From: Dialister sp.
Lineage (GTDB): Bacteria > Bacillota > Negativicutes > Veillonellales > Dialisteraceae
DNA length: 40,948 bases
Assembly: GCA_021633965.1 (NCBI GenBank)
Contig: JAJWRZ010000001.1
Span: 1-40,948, forward strand
Direction: 5' to 3'
The position numbers and the translations under genes are program-made. Numbering within the stretch: the stretch's first letter is position 1; each line of letters begins with the position of its first letter. The notes beneath the pieces are model-generated. The model made no database searches, was not told where the DNA came from, and worked only from the letters and a program-made list of their open reading frames with translations. Of this stretch, positions 30,478 through 39,965 are shown piece after piece.

Positions 30478-31017
30478 TCACTGCACGAGACCTTCCTGAT
30501 CGACGTCCTGAAAGGAGGACACCGCCTCCTCCCAGCGCCCCTGGGATCTCAAAATACACTCGATAAATTCACGCGCTGCTCCGCGTCCGCCGTCATACCG
30601 GGAAATAAAGTCCGCTGCGGACTGATTCTCCTCGCAGGCATCGGCCGGGCAGCCCGACAGACCGACGCGGGAGAAGAGAGGCAGATCATTGAGATCGTCC
30701 CCCATGTAGGCCGCCTCGTCCCAGCCAAGAGCGCGCTCCATGAGCAGCCGCTGCAGAGCAGACACCTTATCCCGGATGCCCATGAGGACGAAATCACAGG
30801 AGAGCTCCTTCGCGCGCGCTTCTACGATCGGCGAAGTCCTCCCCGTGATGAAACCGACTGCATAGCCCATGCGGTGGGCGAGAGAAATCGCCAGTCCGTC
30901 ATGCGCGTTGAAAAGCTTATATGCCTCGCCGCCGCTCCCCATGACGAGCGTCCCGTCTGTCAGTGTGCCATCGACATCAAAGGCGATGAGCTTCACCTGT
31001 TCTGCGCCGATCATCAC
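30478..31017 (-). CDS. kdsC: KDO-8-phosphate phosphatase (HAD family)
   Basis: FDVDGTLTDG, F...DG, ITGR, YMGDDLND, GG.GAARE. Confidence 0.93.
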   Translation of the reverse strand: MMIGAEQVKLIAFDVDGTLTDGTLVMGSGGEAYKLFNAHDGLAISLAHRMGYAVGFITGRTSPIVEARAKELSCDFVLMGIRDKVSALQRLLMERALGWDEAAYMGDDLNDLPLFSRVGLSGCPADACEENQSAADFISRYDGGRGAAREFIECILRSQGRWEEAVSSFQDVDQEGLVQ

Positions 31018-31985
31018 ATGACCCCCTGCCGCAAAAGATCGGTGATATGTACCATGCCGATCGCCTTGCCTGCCTCATCACAGACTGGAAGCACGGTGAT
31101 CGGATGCGGCTGGTGCTTCTCCATGATGTGCAGGGCTTCGGCTGCCAGCTTCGGCTGCGAGATCACCATCGGTGACTTCGTCATGACGTCTCTTACGGGG
31201 AGAAGCAGGAAATCCTCTCCCTTCTCGAGGCCGCGGCGGACATCGCCGTCCGTCATGAGCCCCAAGAGGCGTCCTTCCCTGTCCGTCACAGAGACGGCGC
31301 CCAGCCCTTTATCTGTCATCACAAAGAGCGCATCCTTGACCGAAGCCATTTCATCGATCAAAGGATTGTCCTCGCCTTTGTGCATCACCATCTCGACGGT
31401 GAGAAGCAAACGCTTGCCGAGAGAGCCGCCCGGATGGAACACGGCAAAATTATCTGCCGTGAAATGATGGCGCTCCATCAAAGAGACGGCGAGCGCATCC
31501 CCCAGGGCCAAAGCGGCCGTCGTCGAGCTCGTCGGAGCGAGCCCCAGACTGTCTGCTTCTTTTTCGACGCCCGCATCGAGCACTGCGTCCGCATTTTTAG
31601 CGAGTGTCGAATTCTTTTTCCCGACGACCGCAATGAGCTTCGCTCCGATGCGTTTCAGGGACGGGAGGATATTCAGCACCTCGCCCGTTTCTCCGCTGTT
31701 TGAATATGCGATGACCACGTCATCGGCTGTCACCATGCCAAGATCCCCGTGAATGCCTTCCGCCGGATGCAGGAAAAAAGCCGGCGTCCCTGTGCTCGCC
31801 ATAGTCGCTGCCACTTTCCGCGCGATATGGCCTGACTTTCCCATACCCGTCAGAACCACGCGCCCCTTGGACGCTTCGATCAGGCAAACGGCTTTTTCAA
31901 ATTCGCCATCCAGATGATCCACCAGAGAAAGGACAGCGGCTGCTTCATCCCGAAGCACCCGCGAAGCTGTTTCAATAACGGACAT
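31014..31985 (-). CDS. kdsD: Arabinose-5-phosphate isomerase (SIS plus CBS pair)
   Basis: GMGKSGHI, HPAEGIHGDLG, SNSGET, APTSST, FHPGGSLG. Confidence 0.95.
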   Translation of the reverse strand: MSVIETASRVLRDEAAAVLSLVDHLDGEFEKAVCLIEASKGRVVLTGMGKSGHIARKVAATMASTGTPAFFLHPAEGIHGDLGMVTADDVVIAYSNSGETGEVLNILPSLKRIGAKLIAVVGKKNSTLAKNADAVLDAGVEKEADSLGLAPTSSTTAALALGDALAVSLMERHHFTADNFAVFHPGGSLGKRLLLTVEMVMHKGEDNPLIDEMASVKDALFVMTDKGLGAVSVTDREGRLLGLMTDGDVRRGLEKGEDFLLLPVRDVMTKSPMVISQPKLAAEALHIMEKHQPHPITVLPVCDEAGKAIGMVHITDLLRQGVM

Positions 31986-32058
31986 GATGCCTCCTTGGTC
32001 AACGCAAAATAAGTTTACACCTTATTATACAATATTCGAGGAAAAATAGTTATATTGA

Positions 32059-32264
32059 GGTTCAGGGTTAGCCCGTGGGGCGTGCTGCCCCATGATTACG
32101 AATTTGAATGAGGAATTAGGAATGAGAAATTAGGAATGAAGGTGGCGGCTTCGCCGCGAATATATATGGGGCGATGCCCGAAGGTCGGAGGATAGAAGTC
32201 AGATGTCTAATGTCTGATGTCTCCTAGTCTCCCAGTCTAATCCCTAGTCCCTAGCCACTAGTCA
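32059..32264 (+). repeat. Composite element: module A and heptamer arrays
   Basis: 32142-32182 identical over 41 bp to 30219-30259; arrays at 32106-32140 and 32195-32267. Confidence 0.9.
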
Positions 32265-33110
32265 CTATTTCCCAGCCACGAGTCCCATTTCCTTATCCTT
32301 CTTTACGACGTCATTGATCGCAATGAGGTCTTTCAAGAGGCCCTCGAGGGAGGAGAGATAGAGCATATTGGTAGAGTCAGACAGGCCTTCCGGCGGATTG
32401 TCGTGGACTTCCATGAAGAAGCCGTCGACACCGGATGCCGCTGCCGCTCTTGCGAGGTACGGGATGAATTCACGCTGGCCGCCGGTGGTATTGCCCATAC
32501 CTCCCGGGAGCTGGACACTGTGGGTCGCATCAAAAATGACCGGATAGCCGAACTGTCGCATGATGGGGAAGGAACGCATATCGACCACGAGATTGTGGTA
32601 GCCGAAGGACGCCCCTCTTTCTGTCAGAGCGAGGTTCGGATTTCCTGCTTCTTCCATCTTGCCGATGACATTTTTCATATCTTCCGGCGCCATGAACTGG
32701 CCCTTCTTCACATTGACAGGCTTTCCTGTCTTCGCTGCGCCGTATACCAGGTCGGTCTGGCGGCAGAGGAAGGCCGGGATCTGGAGCATGTCGAGCACCT
32801 TGGCAGCTGGTGCGAGCTGGGTCACATCATGTACGTCAGAGAGTACCGGCACCTGGAGTTCCTTCTTGATATCCGCAAGGATCTCGAGGCCCTTCTCAAG
32901 TCCCGGCCCACGGAAGGAATGGTAAGAGGAACGGTTCGCCTTATCAAAAGACGCCTTGAAAATGTACTGTACGCCAAGGCGTTCACAGATCTTTTTAATC
33001 TCACGGCCGATCATCAGCGTGCGGTCATAGCCTTCAATGACGCAGGGGCCTGCGATCAGAAACAGCTTGCTGCCGTCGATGGTCAGATTTCCGACATGAA
33101 TGGTTTTCAT
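32265..33110 (-). CDS. kdsA: KDO-8-phosphate synthase
   Basis: IAGPCVIE, FKASFDKANRSS, QIPAFLCRQTD, KKGQF, FDATHSVQ. Confidence 0.98.
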   Translation of the reverse strand: MKTIHVGNLTIDGSKLFLIAGPCVIEGYDRTLMIGREIKKICERLGVQYIFKASFDKANRSSYHSFRGPGLEKGLEILADIKKELQVPVLSDVHDVTQLAPAAKVLDMLQIPAFLCRQTDLVYGAAKTGKPVNVKKGQFMAPEDMKNVIGKMEEAGNPNLALTERGASFGYHNLVVDMRSFPIMRQFGYPVIFDATHSVQLPGGMGNTTGGQREFIPYLARAAAASGVDGFFMEVHDNPPEGLSDSTNMLYLSSLEGLLKDLIAINDVVKKDKEMGLVAGK

Positions 33111-33172
33111 AGGGAGCTCCTTTGAAGTTAGTTGTTAAATGGCAAATTCACAAATTATGTTTTTTCAGTTCT

Positions 33173-33362
33173 GAGTGAGAAGTGAGGAGGGAGGAGTGAG
33201 GAGTGAGGAGTGGTGGTGCGGCGCAAAAAATCATATAGCGCCGGACGTTTTAAGGAAACATGACCGAAACAAACTCCTCCGCCACACATGGGCATCGCTC
33301 CATTTTCCTTTTGCGACGCTATATGAATCGTGCGCCGCCCTTTCACTCCCTGCTCCTCACTT
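33173..33362. repeat. Module B copy 2 (33215-33339) framed by a GAGTGAG array and an inverted partial array
   Basis: Stems GCGGCGCA/TGCGCCGC and TCATATAGCG/CGCTATATGA; six GAGTGAG-type units on the left; TCACTC/CTCCTCAC on the right. Confidence 0.85.
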
Positions 33363-33384
33363 ATTGTGAAAATATTTGAAAAAA

Positions 33385-34116
33385 TTACATTCCCATTTTT
33401 TCAAAATATTCATTGGCCTTCTTCAGGTCTTCTTCGGTATCAATGCCGATATCCTGTGTCTTCACCTCGATGACACCGATCTTGTAGCCCATCTCGAGAG
33501 CACGGAGCTGCTCTAAGGACTCGGTCTTTTCGAGCGGGGTCTGCGCCATCTTCGCATAGGCGAGAAGGAAATCTCTCCGATACGCATAGATGCCGACGTG
33601 CTTCAGCGCCGGCACTTCGAAATCGTGGCGGGGATACGGGATGAGGGAGCGGGAGAAGTAGAGTGCTTCGCCCTTCTGGTTCACGACGACCTTGACCGAG
33701 GAAGGATCATCGTATTCGTCTTCGTGGAGAGGCGTGGCGACAGTCGCCATATCCAGCTCCGGATGGTCGATGAGATCCTGCGCCAGACGATCGATCACGT
33801 CTGGGTCGATCAGCGGTTCATCGCCCTGTACATTGACGATGATCTCATAGTCCGGCGTATGGAAAGCCACTTCTGCCAGACGATCAGTGCCTGTCGGATG
33901 GTCGACGGAGGTCATCATGACATGACCGCCGAAGCTCTTCACTTCCTTCTCAATGTCCTCATGGTCTGTCGCAACGATGACAACGTCAGGGAGCTTGGCC
34001 TGAACGGCTCTTTCATAGACACGATGCACCAGTGTCTCTCCCGCGATCAAGCGGAGGGGCTTCCCCGGAAGACGTGTCGATGCATACCGGGACGGAATGA
34101 TACAAGCAATTTTCAT
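33385..34116 (-). CDS. kdsB: CMP-KDO synthetase
   Basis: IIPSRYASTRLPGKPL, TGTDR, NVQGDEP, LEQLRAL; start at ATG 34116 after AAGGAG. Confidence 0.97.
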   Translation of the reverse strand: MKIACIIPSRYASTRLPGKPLRLIAGETLVHRVYERAVQAKLPDVVIVATDHEDIEKEVKSFGGHVMMTSVDHPTGTDRLAEVAFHTPDYEIIVNVQGDEPLIDPDVIDRLAQDLIDHPELDMATVATPLHEDEYDDPSSVKVVVNQKGEALYFSRSLIPYPRHDFEVPALKHVGIYAYRRDFLLAYAKMAQTPLEKTESLEQLRALEMGYKIGVIEVKTQDIGIDTEEDLKKANEYFEKMGM

Positions 34117-34151
34117 GATGAACTCCTTTGCGTAGTGACTAGTGACAGGGA

Positions 34152-35279
34152 TCATGGATGAGGGACTTGCGGCTTGGCATGGAGGAATTCTTCCAATACC
34201 TCCCTGTCTTCCTCAGGCAATGTCATCGCGATCTCAAGGACGTAAAAGGGAATGTCAGACTCAGCGAGGCTATCAAGGGAGAGCATCTTCACGGCATCTT
34301 TTTCTGTCATGACGATGAGCTCTGCGCCCTTGGCTTTGGCTTCGGAGATCGCATTCCGCAGATCTTCTTCTGTATACCTGTGGTGGTCAGGGAAGGGCAT
34401 CTCGCCCACCGGACGCAGACCGGCTTCCTTGGCGGTCTTTTTAAAGGCAGCGGGGTTTCCGATGCCGGAGACCAGATAGGCCTTCTTCATCCTGACATCT
34501 TCGAGCGTCCCTTCATGAAGGAAGGCTTTCCACTTCTCATACGGCACCACCTTCGACGGCGCATGTGTGGAGGATAGGACGGGCACACCCGGCGCAAGAC
34601 GGGCGAGCTCTTCTCTGATCTCCATCAGATCTGTCAGATGCACCTGATCGCTCTTGGTCAGGATGAAAAGGCTCGCCCGCGAAAGGGCATCGAGCGGCTC
34701 CCGAAGCAGACCGCGGGGCAGGCCGTGACCATAGCCGAAGGGATTCGTCGCATCGATGAGAATGATATCTTGATCGCGTCTGAGCTTCCAGTACTGAAAG
34801 CCATCATCCAAAAGCAGGATGCCCACTCCCATTTCCTCAGCCCTCTTCACAGAGGCGATGCGGTCTTTCCCGATGAAAATGGGGACGGAGGGGAGTTTTC
34901 TCGCCATCATGTAGGGCTCGTCCCCTGCCATCTGCTGGGATACGAGGATGGAGCTTCCATCCGATACACAGCCGCCTTCTTTTTCAAGGCCGCTTTTATA
35001 GCCTCGGCTGATGATGGCGGGCTTCTTACCGATTGAGCGGAAGAGCTCGGCCAGCATCAGGATGCAGGGGGTCTTGCCCGTCCCGCCTGCCGTGATATTG
35101 CCGACACTGATCACGGGTACATGGGCGGAGACCGCAGCTGCCATATCTGCCGTCCTCTTCTTTTCGACCTGAGAGAAATACATTTTTTCCAGCTGCGAAA
35201 GACCTGACAGGACCAGCCTGTCCATGCCCTTCGGCGATGGCTCCTTCATCAAGCCTGTGACATAGGACTCAAGACTCAT
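34152..35279 (-). CDS. lpxK: Tetraacyldisaccharide 4'-kinase
   Basis: SVGNITAGGTGKTP, SRGY, GDEP, LDDGFQ, FPDHH, TEKDAVK. Confidence 0.97.
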   Translation of the reverse strand: MSLESYVTGLMKEPSPKGMDRLVLSGLSQLEKMYFSQVEKKRTADMAAAVSAHVPVISVGNITAGGTGKTPCILMLAELFRSIGKKPAIISRGYKSGLEKEGGCVSDGSSILVSQQMAGDEPYMMARKLPSVPIFIGKDRIASVKRAEEMGVGILLLDDGFQYWKLRRDQDIILIDATNPFGYGHGLPRGLLREPLDALSRASLFILTKSDQVHLTDLMEIREELARLAPGVPVLSSTHAPSKVVPYEKWKAFLHEGTLEDVRMKKAYLVSGIGNPAAFKKTAKEAGLRPVGEMPFPDHHRYTEEDLRNAISEAKAKGAELIVMTEKDAVKMLSLDSLAESDIPFYVLEIAMTLPEEDREVLEEFLHAKPQVPHP

Positions 35280-36597
35280 GACGGCCTCCCAGCTTCACGC
35301 CGGCTTCCGCGACCAGCTGCTCGAAAGCCTTGATGTTTCTCTCGGTCGCGCCCTGATTCTCATGCACCACGGTCAAAGCCGCCTCTCCCATCCGTTTCAT
35401 GGTATCGGGATGGGAGAGAAGGTCCATGAGCGTTTCTTTGAATTCATGCTCTGACTTCGTCATGAGGCACACGCCGCGGCTCTCCAAAAGCTCGAAGATC
35501 TCTTGGAAATTGAACATGTAAGGGCCGACGATGACAGGCTTGCCATGCGCCGCCGGCTCCAGAATATTATGACCGCCGACTTTGACGAAGCTGCCTCCGA
35601 CAAAGACGACATCTGCCAGACTGTAAAGACGTCCCAGCTCTCCGATGGTATCCAGAATGACCACCTGCGGGCTCGTGCCGTCATCCTCCTCCGTGCCCAT
35701 CTTGGAGCGGCGTAGGACACTGTAGCCGTGATGCTTGATGGCAAATTTCACGGACGGTGCTCTCGTGATCTCACGAACGGCGAGAAGCAGACGCGCCTTC
35801 GGATATTTTTTCAGGATCTCACCAAAGGTGCGGAGTACGATCTCCTCCTCTCCGCTGTGCGTGGAACCGGCGACGATGATCGGGCCCTTCTCGTCGAAGC
35901 GGAATTCTTTACGAAGCGCGGCGCGCTCTTCCTCCGACACTTCGGCGTACGTCTGATCGTACTTGGTATTGCCTGTGATGGTGCAGCGCTTCGGCTGGGC
36001 GCCCATCGCGATGATGCGCTCCTCGTCGATGCGGGACTGCATGCAGAAACGCCGGATCTGGCAGAGCATGCGCGTCGTGAAGCGCTTGATCAGCGAATAG
36101 CGGCGCATCGAGCGGCTGCTGATGCGGCCATTCATCATCATGACAGGGATCTTTTTGCGGAAAGCGAGGCGAAGGAAATTCGGCCACAGCTCCGTTTCGA
36201 TCAGAATGATCGCCTTGGGATTCACGATATCTACGATGCGCTCGGTGATGACGGGCAGGTCAAAGGGGAAGAAAATGTGTCCGTCAGCCTCTGGGATGAT
36301 GCGCTGTGCCATGCGGTGACCGGTCGCGGTGACGACAGACACCACCACCATTTCATCCGGGTACTTCTTCTTCAGCTCGCGCACGATCGGGCTCGCGGCG
36401 ACCACTTCACCGACGGAAGCGGCATGCACCCAGATGGCATTGTGGTAGGCGATCTGCTGCAGCGTGGGCGTCGGCATGACGCCGGCGCTCTGCTTCAGAC
36501 GGTCATAGAAGCCTTCTTCGAAGACAAGCCGATAGATCAGGATCGGTATCTGCAGCAACCAGTAGGCGACAAGACAAATGTTGTAAATCCAGTACAA
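35269..36597 (-). CDS. waaA: KDO transferase
   Basis: IWVHAASVGE, ETELWPN, LDTIGEL, GGHNILEPA; TTG start. Confidence 0.96.
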   Translation of the reverse strand: MYWIYNICLVAYWLLQIPILIYRLVFEEGFYDRLKQSAGVMPTPTLQQIAYHNAIWVHAASVGEVVAASPIVRELKKKYPDEMVVVSVVTATGHRMAQRIIPEADGHIFFPFDLPVITERIVDIVNPKAIILIETELWPNFLRLAFRKKIPVMMMNGRISSRSMRRYSLIKRFTTRMLCQIRRFCMQSRIDEERIIAMGAQPKRCTITGNTKYDQTYAEVSEEERAALRKEFRFDEKGPIIVAGSTHSGEEEIVLRTFGEILKKYPKARLLLAVREITRAPSVKFAIKHHGYSVLRRSKMGTEEDDGTSPQVVILDTIGELGRLYSLADVVFVGGSFVKVGGHNILEPAAHGKPVIVGPYMFNFQEIFELLESRGVCLMTKSEHEFKETLMDLLSHPDTMKRMGEAALTVVHENQGATERNIKAFEQLVAEAGVKLGGRHES

Positions 36598-36662
36598 TTT
36601 TTTCTCCTTTGATGGTTTTTGTTATGGGTGGGGAAATGAAAACGGGTCAGAGGGAGGAAGCC

Positions 36663-38432
36663 TCATCCCTCTTCACTATTTTTCTCACGATCATTTTTCT
36701 GCGACATCGTGTAGAGCTCATGATACAGCCCTTTCTTTTCCATGAGCTCCTTATGTGTACCGCTTTCTTCGATGACGCCGTGATTCAGGACAAGGATCTG
36801 GTCGGCATTCTTGATGGTCGACAGGCGGTGAGCGATGACGAAGGAGGTACGGCCGACCATGAGCTTGTCGAGCGCATCCTGCACGATCTTCTCGCTTTCC
36901 GTATCGAGTGCGGAGGTCGCTTCGTCAAGAATGAGGATCTTCGGATTCTTCAAGATCGCTCTTGCGATGGCGATGCGCTGGCGCTGACCGCCGGAGAGGA
37001 CGAGGCCGCGGTCGCCGACCTTGGTATCGATGCCGCGCGGCAGACCCTGAATGAATTTCTCTGCATTCGCGGCACGAATGGCATCCCAGACCTCTTCATC
37101 CGTCGCATCCAAACGACCGTAGAGGACATTTTCTTTGATGGTGGTATTGAAGAGGAGCGTATCCTGCGGCACGAGGCCGATGTTGTCGCGAAGGGAGCCG
37201 ACCGTCACATCTCGGATATCGACGCCGTCGATGCAGATGGCTCCGCCTGTCACATCATAGAAGCGCGGAAGCAGGTTGGCAATGGTGGTCTTGCCGGCGC
37301 CGGAGGGTCCGACGACGGCGATGGTCTGTCCGGGTCTGGCGACGAAATTCAGATCTGTCAGGACCGGATTTTCTTTTTCATAGGCAAAGGCCACATGGCG
37401 CGCTTCGACTAAGCCCTCTGTGACTTCGATCGGCTTGGCACCGTCCTTGTCCTGGATCTCTGACTTCTCATCCAGGATCGCAAAGACGCGGTCCGCTGCG
37501 GCCAGGGATTTCTGGATATTGCCGAAGCTTTCTGCCAGACGGCGGGTCGGGTTGGCCAGGTTGATGGCATAGATCAGGAAGGCGATGAGCTCGCCGGTGG
37601 TCATCACGCCCTCAATAACGGAGACACCGCCATACCAGATGATCGCGCAGACGGCAATGGCAGCGAGAAATTCGACCAGCGGCGTCATCTGGCTCTGCTG
37701 CCTTATGGAGCGCACGGTCGCCTTGAAGCTAGATTCATTGATGTCATTGAAGCGCTTCTCTTCGAAGTCGCCTCGATTGAAACTGCGCACGATGCGCACG
37801 CCCTGGATAGTCTCCTGCAGCATGGACGTCACATCAGCCAGTCGTTCCTGCACGTCGCGGCCGCTCGAGTGGAGCTTTTTCCCAAAGAATTTGATCGTAT
37901 AAGAAACGAGCGGTACGATCACAAGGCAGAGCATCGTCAGTTTCCACTGCAGGTAGATCATGGAAACGAAAGAACCGATGAAAATGGCGCCTTCCTGCAC
38001 CAGCTGGATGAAATTATCCACGATGGCTGTCTGCAGCGCCGCAATGTCATTCGTCAGATTGCTCATGATGTCCCCGGTGCGGCGACGATCATAGTAGGAG
38101 ATCGATAATTTCTGCAGATGATGATACAGCGTATTTCGAAGATCCTTGATGACAGCCTGCCCGATGTATCCCATGAGGTAGCGGTGCCCAAAAGTGGTGA
38201 TCGCGCGGATGAGGAAGGTCACAAGGATCGCCACGATGATGAGGTAGAGCATGGCAAGGTCCTTGTCATTCAGCACCTTATCGATGACATCCTTGATGAT
38301 CCACGGCACGACCAGGTTCGAGCCCGATACGAGCAGCATGAAGAAAACGGAAACAAGAAGCAGCTTCCAGTAGGGTTTTAGATAGGATAACAGTCTCATA
38401 TAACTGTTCAGTTTACTTGATTTTGTATTCAT
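36663..38432 (-). CDS. msbA: Lipid A flippase ABC transporter (MsbA-like)
   Basis: TM domain plus NBD (GPSGAGKTT, LSGGQRQR, LDEATSALD); between lpxB and waaA. Confidence 0.88.
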   Translation of the reverse strand: MNTKSSKLNSYMRLLSYLKPYWKLLLVSVFFMLLVSGSNLVVPWIIKDVIDKVLNDKDLAMLYLIIVAILVTFLIRAITTFGHRYLMGYIGQAVIKDLRNTLYHHLQKLSISYYDRRRTGDIMSNLTNDIAALQTAIVDNFIQLVQEGAIFIGSFVSMIYLQWKLTMLCLVIVPLVSYTIKFFGKKLHSSGRDVQERLADVTSMLQETIQGVRIVRSFNRGDFEEKRFNDINESSFKATVRSIRQQSQMTPLVEFLAAIAVCAIIWYGGVSVIEGVMTTGELIAFLIYAINLANPTRRLAESFGNIQKSLAAADRVFAILDEKSEIQDKDGAKPIEVTEGLVEARHVAFAYEKENPVLTDLNFVARPGQTIAVVGPSGAGKTTIANLLPRFYDVTGGAICIDGVDIRDVTVGSLRDNIGLVPQDTLLFNTTIKENVLYGRLDATDEEVWDAIRAANAEKFIQGLPRGIDTKVGDRGLVLSGGQRQRIAIARAILKNPKILILDEATSALDTESEKIVQDALDKLMVGRTSFVIAHRLSTIKNADQILVLNHGVIEESGTHKELMEKKGLYHELYTMSQKNDREKNSEEG

Positions 38433-38590
38433 TCCATTCTCCAGAAAAATTGAGGGGAGATTTTTCGTGACAGAGGAGCCTAAAGGCCAGAAGGGTCCGA
38501 CGGGATGCGGCGCCTTCGAGGGAAAGACACCGCCTTTTTAGAAATGCATGCTCTCCCGAAAGAGGACGCCCGCTCTCACTTTGACATCCG

Positions 38591-39727
38591 TCAGCCCTGT
38601 TCCTTTTTCCCCGTCCTCACGATGAGCTCTGCCACGCGGCGCACCGCGCCTCCGCCGCCCAGTGCTTTTCTCACTTCTCGGATGCCTTCCACATTCTTTT
38701 CCCGCGCGGCAGGCTGAATGAGCCACGGTGTCACGATGCGGGAAATATTTTCCGCTGTCACTGCATCCTGCAGGAGCTCGGGAGTGACCTCACGGTCCAG
38801 CAGAAGATTCGGCAGGCCCGCATACTTCACATGGACGAGAAGCTTCGCCAGCATCCATGTCACAGGTGCGAGGCGATAGATCAATACGGTCGGCAGCTCC
38901 ATGAGCGCCGTTTCCAAGGTCGCCGTCCCCGAAGAGGCGACGCAGGCATCACAGATCTGCATCAGATCATACTGCCTGCCCTCGGTGATCTCTACGGAAA
39001 GCTCCGAAGCCCCGATGAAGGACGAGAGCATCTCCATCGGGATCGTCGAGGCTCTGGGAATAAAGAACTGGCAGTCTGCCTTTTGGGCGAGCTGGCGCGC
39101 TGCCTCCAGCATCACGGGCAGAAGCCCCGCGACTTCATTCTTTCGGCTCCCCGGCATGAGAAGGATACGCTTTTTATTCGGATCGCCATGGAAATAGGCC
39201 ATCGCCTTCTCCTTCGTCATGGAAGGCTTCACCGTATCCGCCAGCGGATGACCGACGAAGGTCACATGCGCTCCCGCCTTCCGGTATGCGTCCGCTTCAA
39301 AAGGAAATATGGACGCCACCTGCTCGACATCGCGGACGATATTCTTCGCCCGTCCCTTGTTCCACGCCCAGATGGTGGGCGCGATATAGTAGACGACAGG
39401 GATGCCAAGCTCTTTCGCCACATGGGCGAGCTTCATATTGAATCCGGGGTAATCTACACAGACCAGCACATCCGGCTTTTCCCGCAGCATGGCTTCCTTC
39501 AGGAAGCTGCGCAGCTTGAAGAAGAGCGGCAGGTGCTTGATGACTTCCACCAGACCGATGATGCCCAGATTTTCTATATCATAGATGATGCGGACGCCGC
39601 TCCTTCGCATGTCCGCCCCGCCCATCCCGAAGATGTCTGTCCCGGGGTAGAGCTTTTTGATTTCTGCCGCAACGGCTGCGGCATGCATATCGCCAGAGGC
39701 CTCTCCGGCAGACATCATGATTTTCAT
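38591..39727 (-). CDS. lpxB: Lipid A disaccharide synthase
   Basis: AGEASGDMH, VDYPGFN, WAW, FPFE, FVGHPL, PGSR, SGTATLE. Confidence 0.97.
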   Translation of the reverse strand: MKIMMSAGEASGDMHAAAVAAEIKKLYPGTDIFGMGGADMRRSGVRIIYDIENLGIIGLVEVIKHLPLFFKLRSFLKEAMLREKPDVLVCVDYPGFNMKLAHVAKELGIPVVYYIAPTIWAWNKGRAKNIVRDVEQVASIFPFEADAYRKAGAHVTFVGHPLADTVKPSMTKEKAMAYFHGDPNKKRILLMPGSRKNEVAGLLPVMLEAARQLAQKADCQFFIPRASTIPMEMLSSFIGASELSVEITEGRQYDLMQICDACVASSGTATLETALMELPTVLIYRLAPVTWMLAKLLVHVKYAGLPNLLLDREVTPELLQDAVTAENISRIVTPWLIQPAAREKNVEGIREVRKALGGGGAVRRVAELIVRTGKKEQG

Positions 39728-39767
39728 AAGTTAAGTCCTCGTCAATGAGTAAGGATGCAGGTTAATA

Positions 39768-39965
39768 GGTTCAAGGTTCAGGGCTCAAAGTTAGCCCGGG
39801 GGCGTGCTGCCCTTTGATAACGGTTGAAAGCTCTGCGCGAATGAGAAATTAGAAATGATGGTGGCGGCTTCGCCGCGAGTATTATGGAGCGATGCCCGAA
39901 GGTAGTATTCAAGTCATCAGTCACTAGTCACTCCTAATCCCTAATTCCTAGCTACTAGCCACCAG
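39768..39965 (+). repeat. Composite element: module A and heptamer array
   Basis: GGTTCAAGGTTCAGGGCTC, TAGCCC...GGCGTGCTGCCC, GGTGGCGGCTTCGCCGC, GATGCCCGAAGG; array 39910-39968. Confidence 0.9.

Noticed and set aside
30103..33369. Short ORFs inside repeat spacers (30103-30297, 33155-33346, 33175-33369; also 23625-23861 and 20713-21036)
   Set aside because: Translations of repeat modules and heptamer arrays, with no RBS or protein-like features
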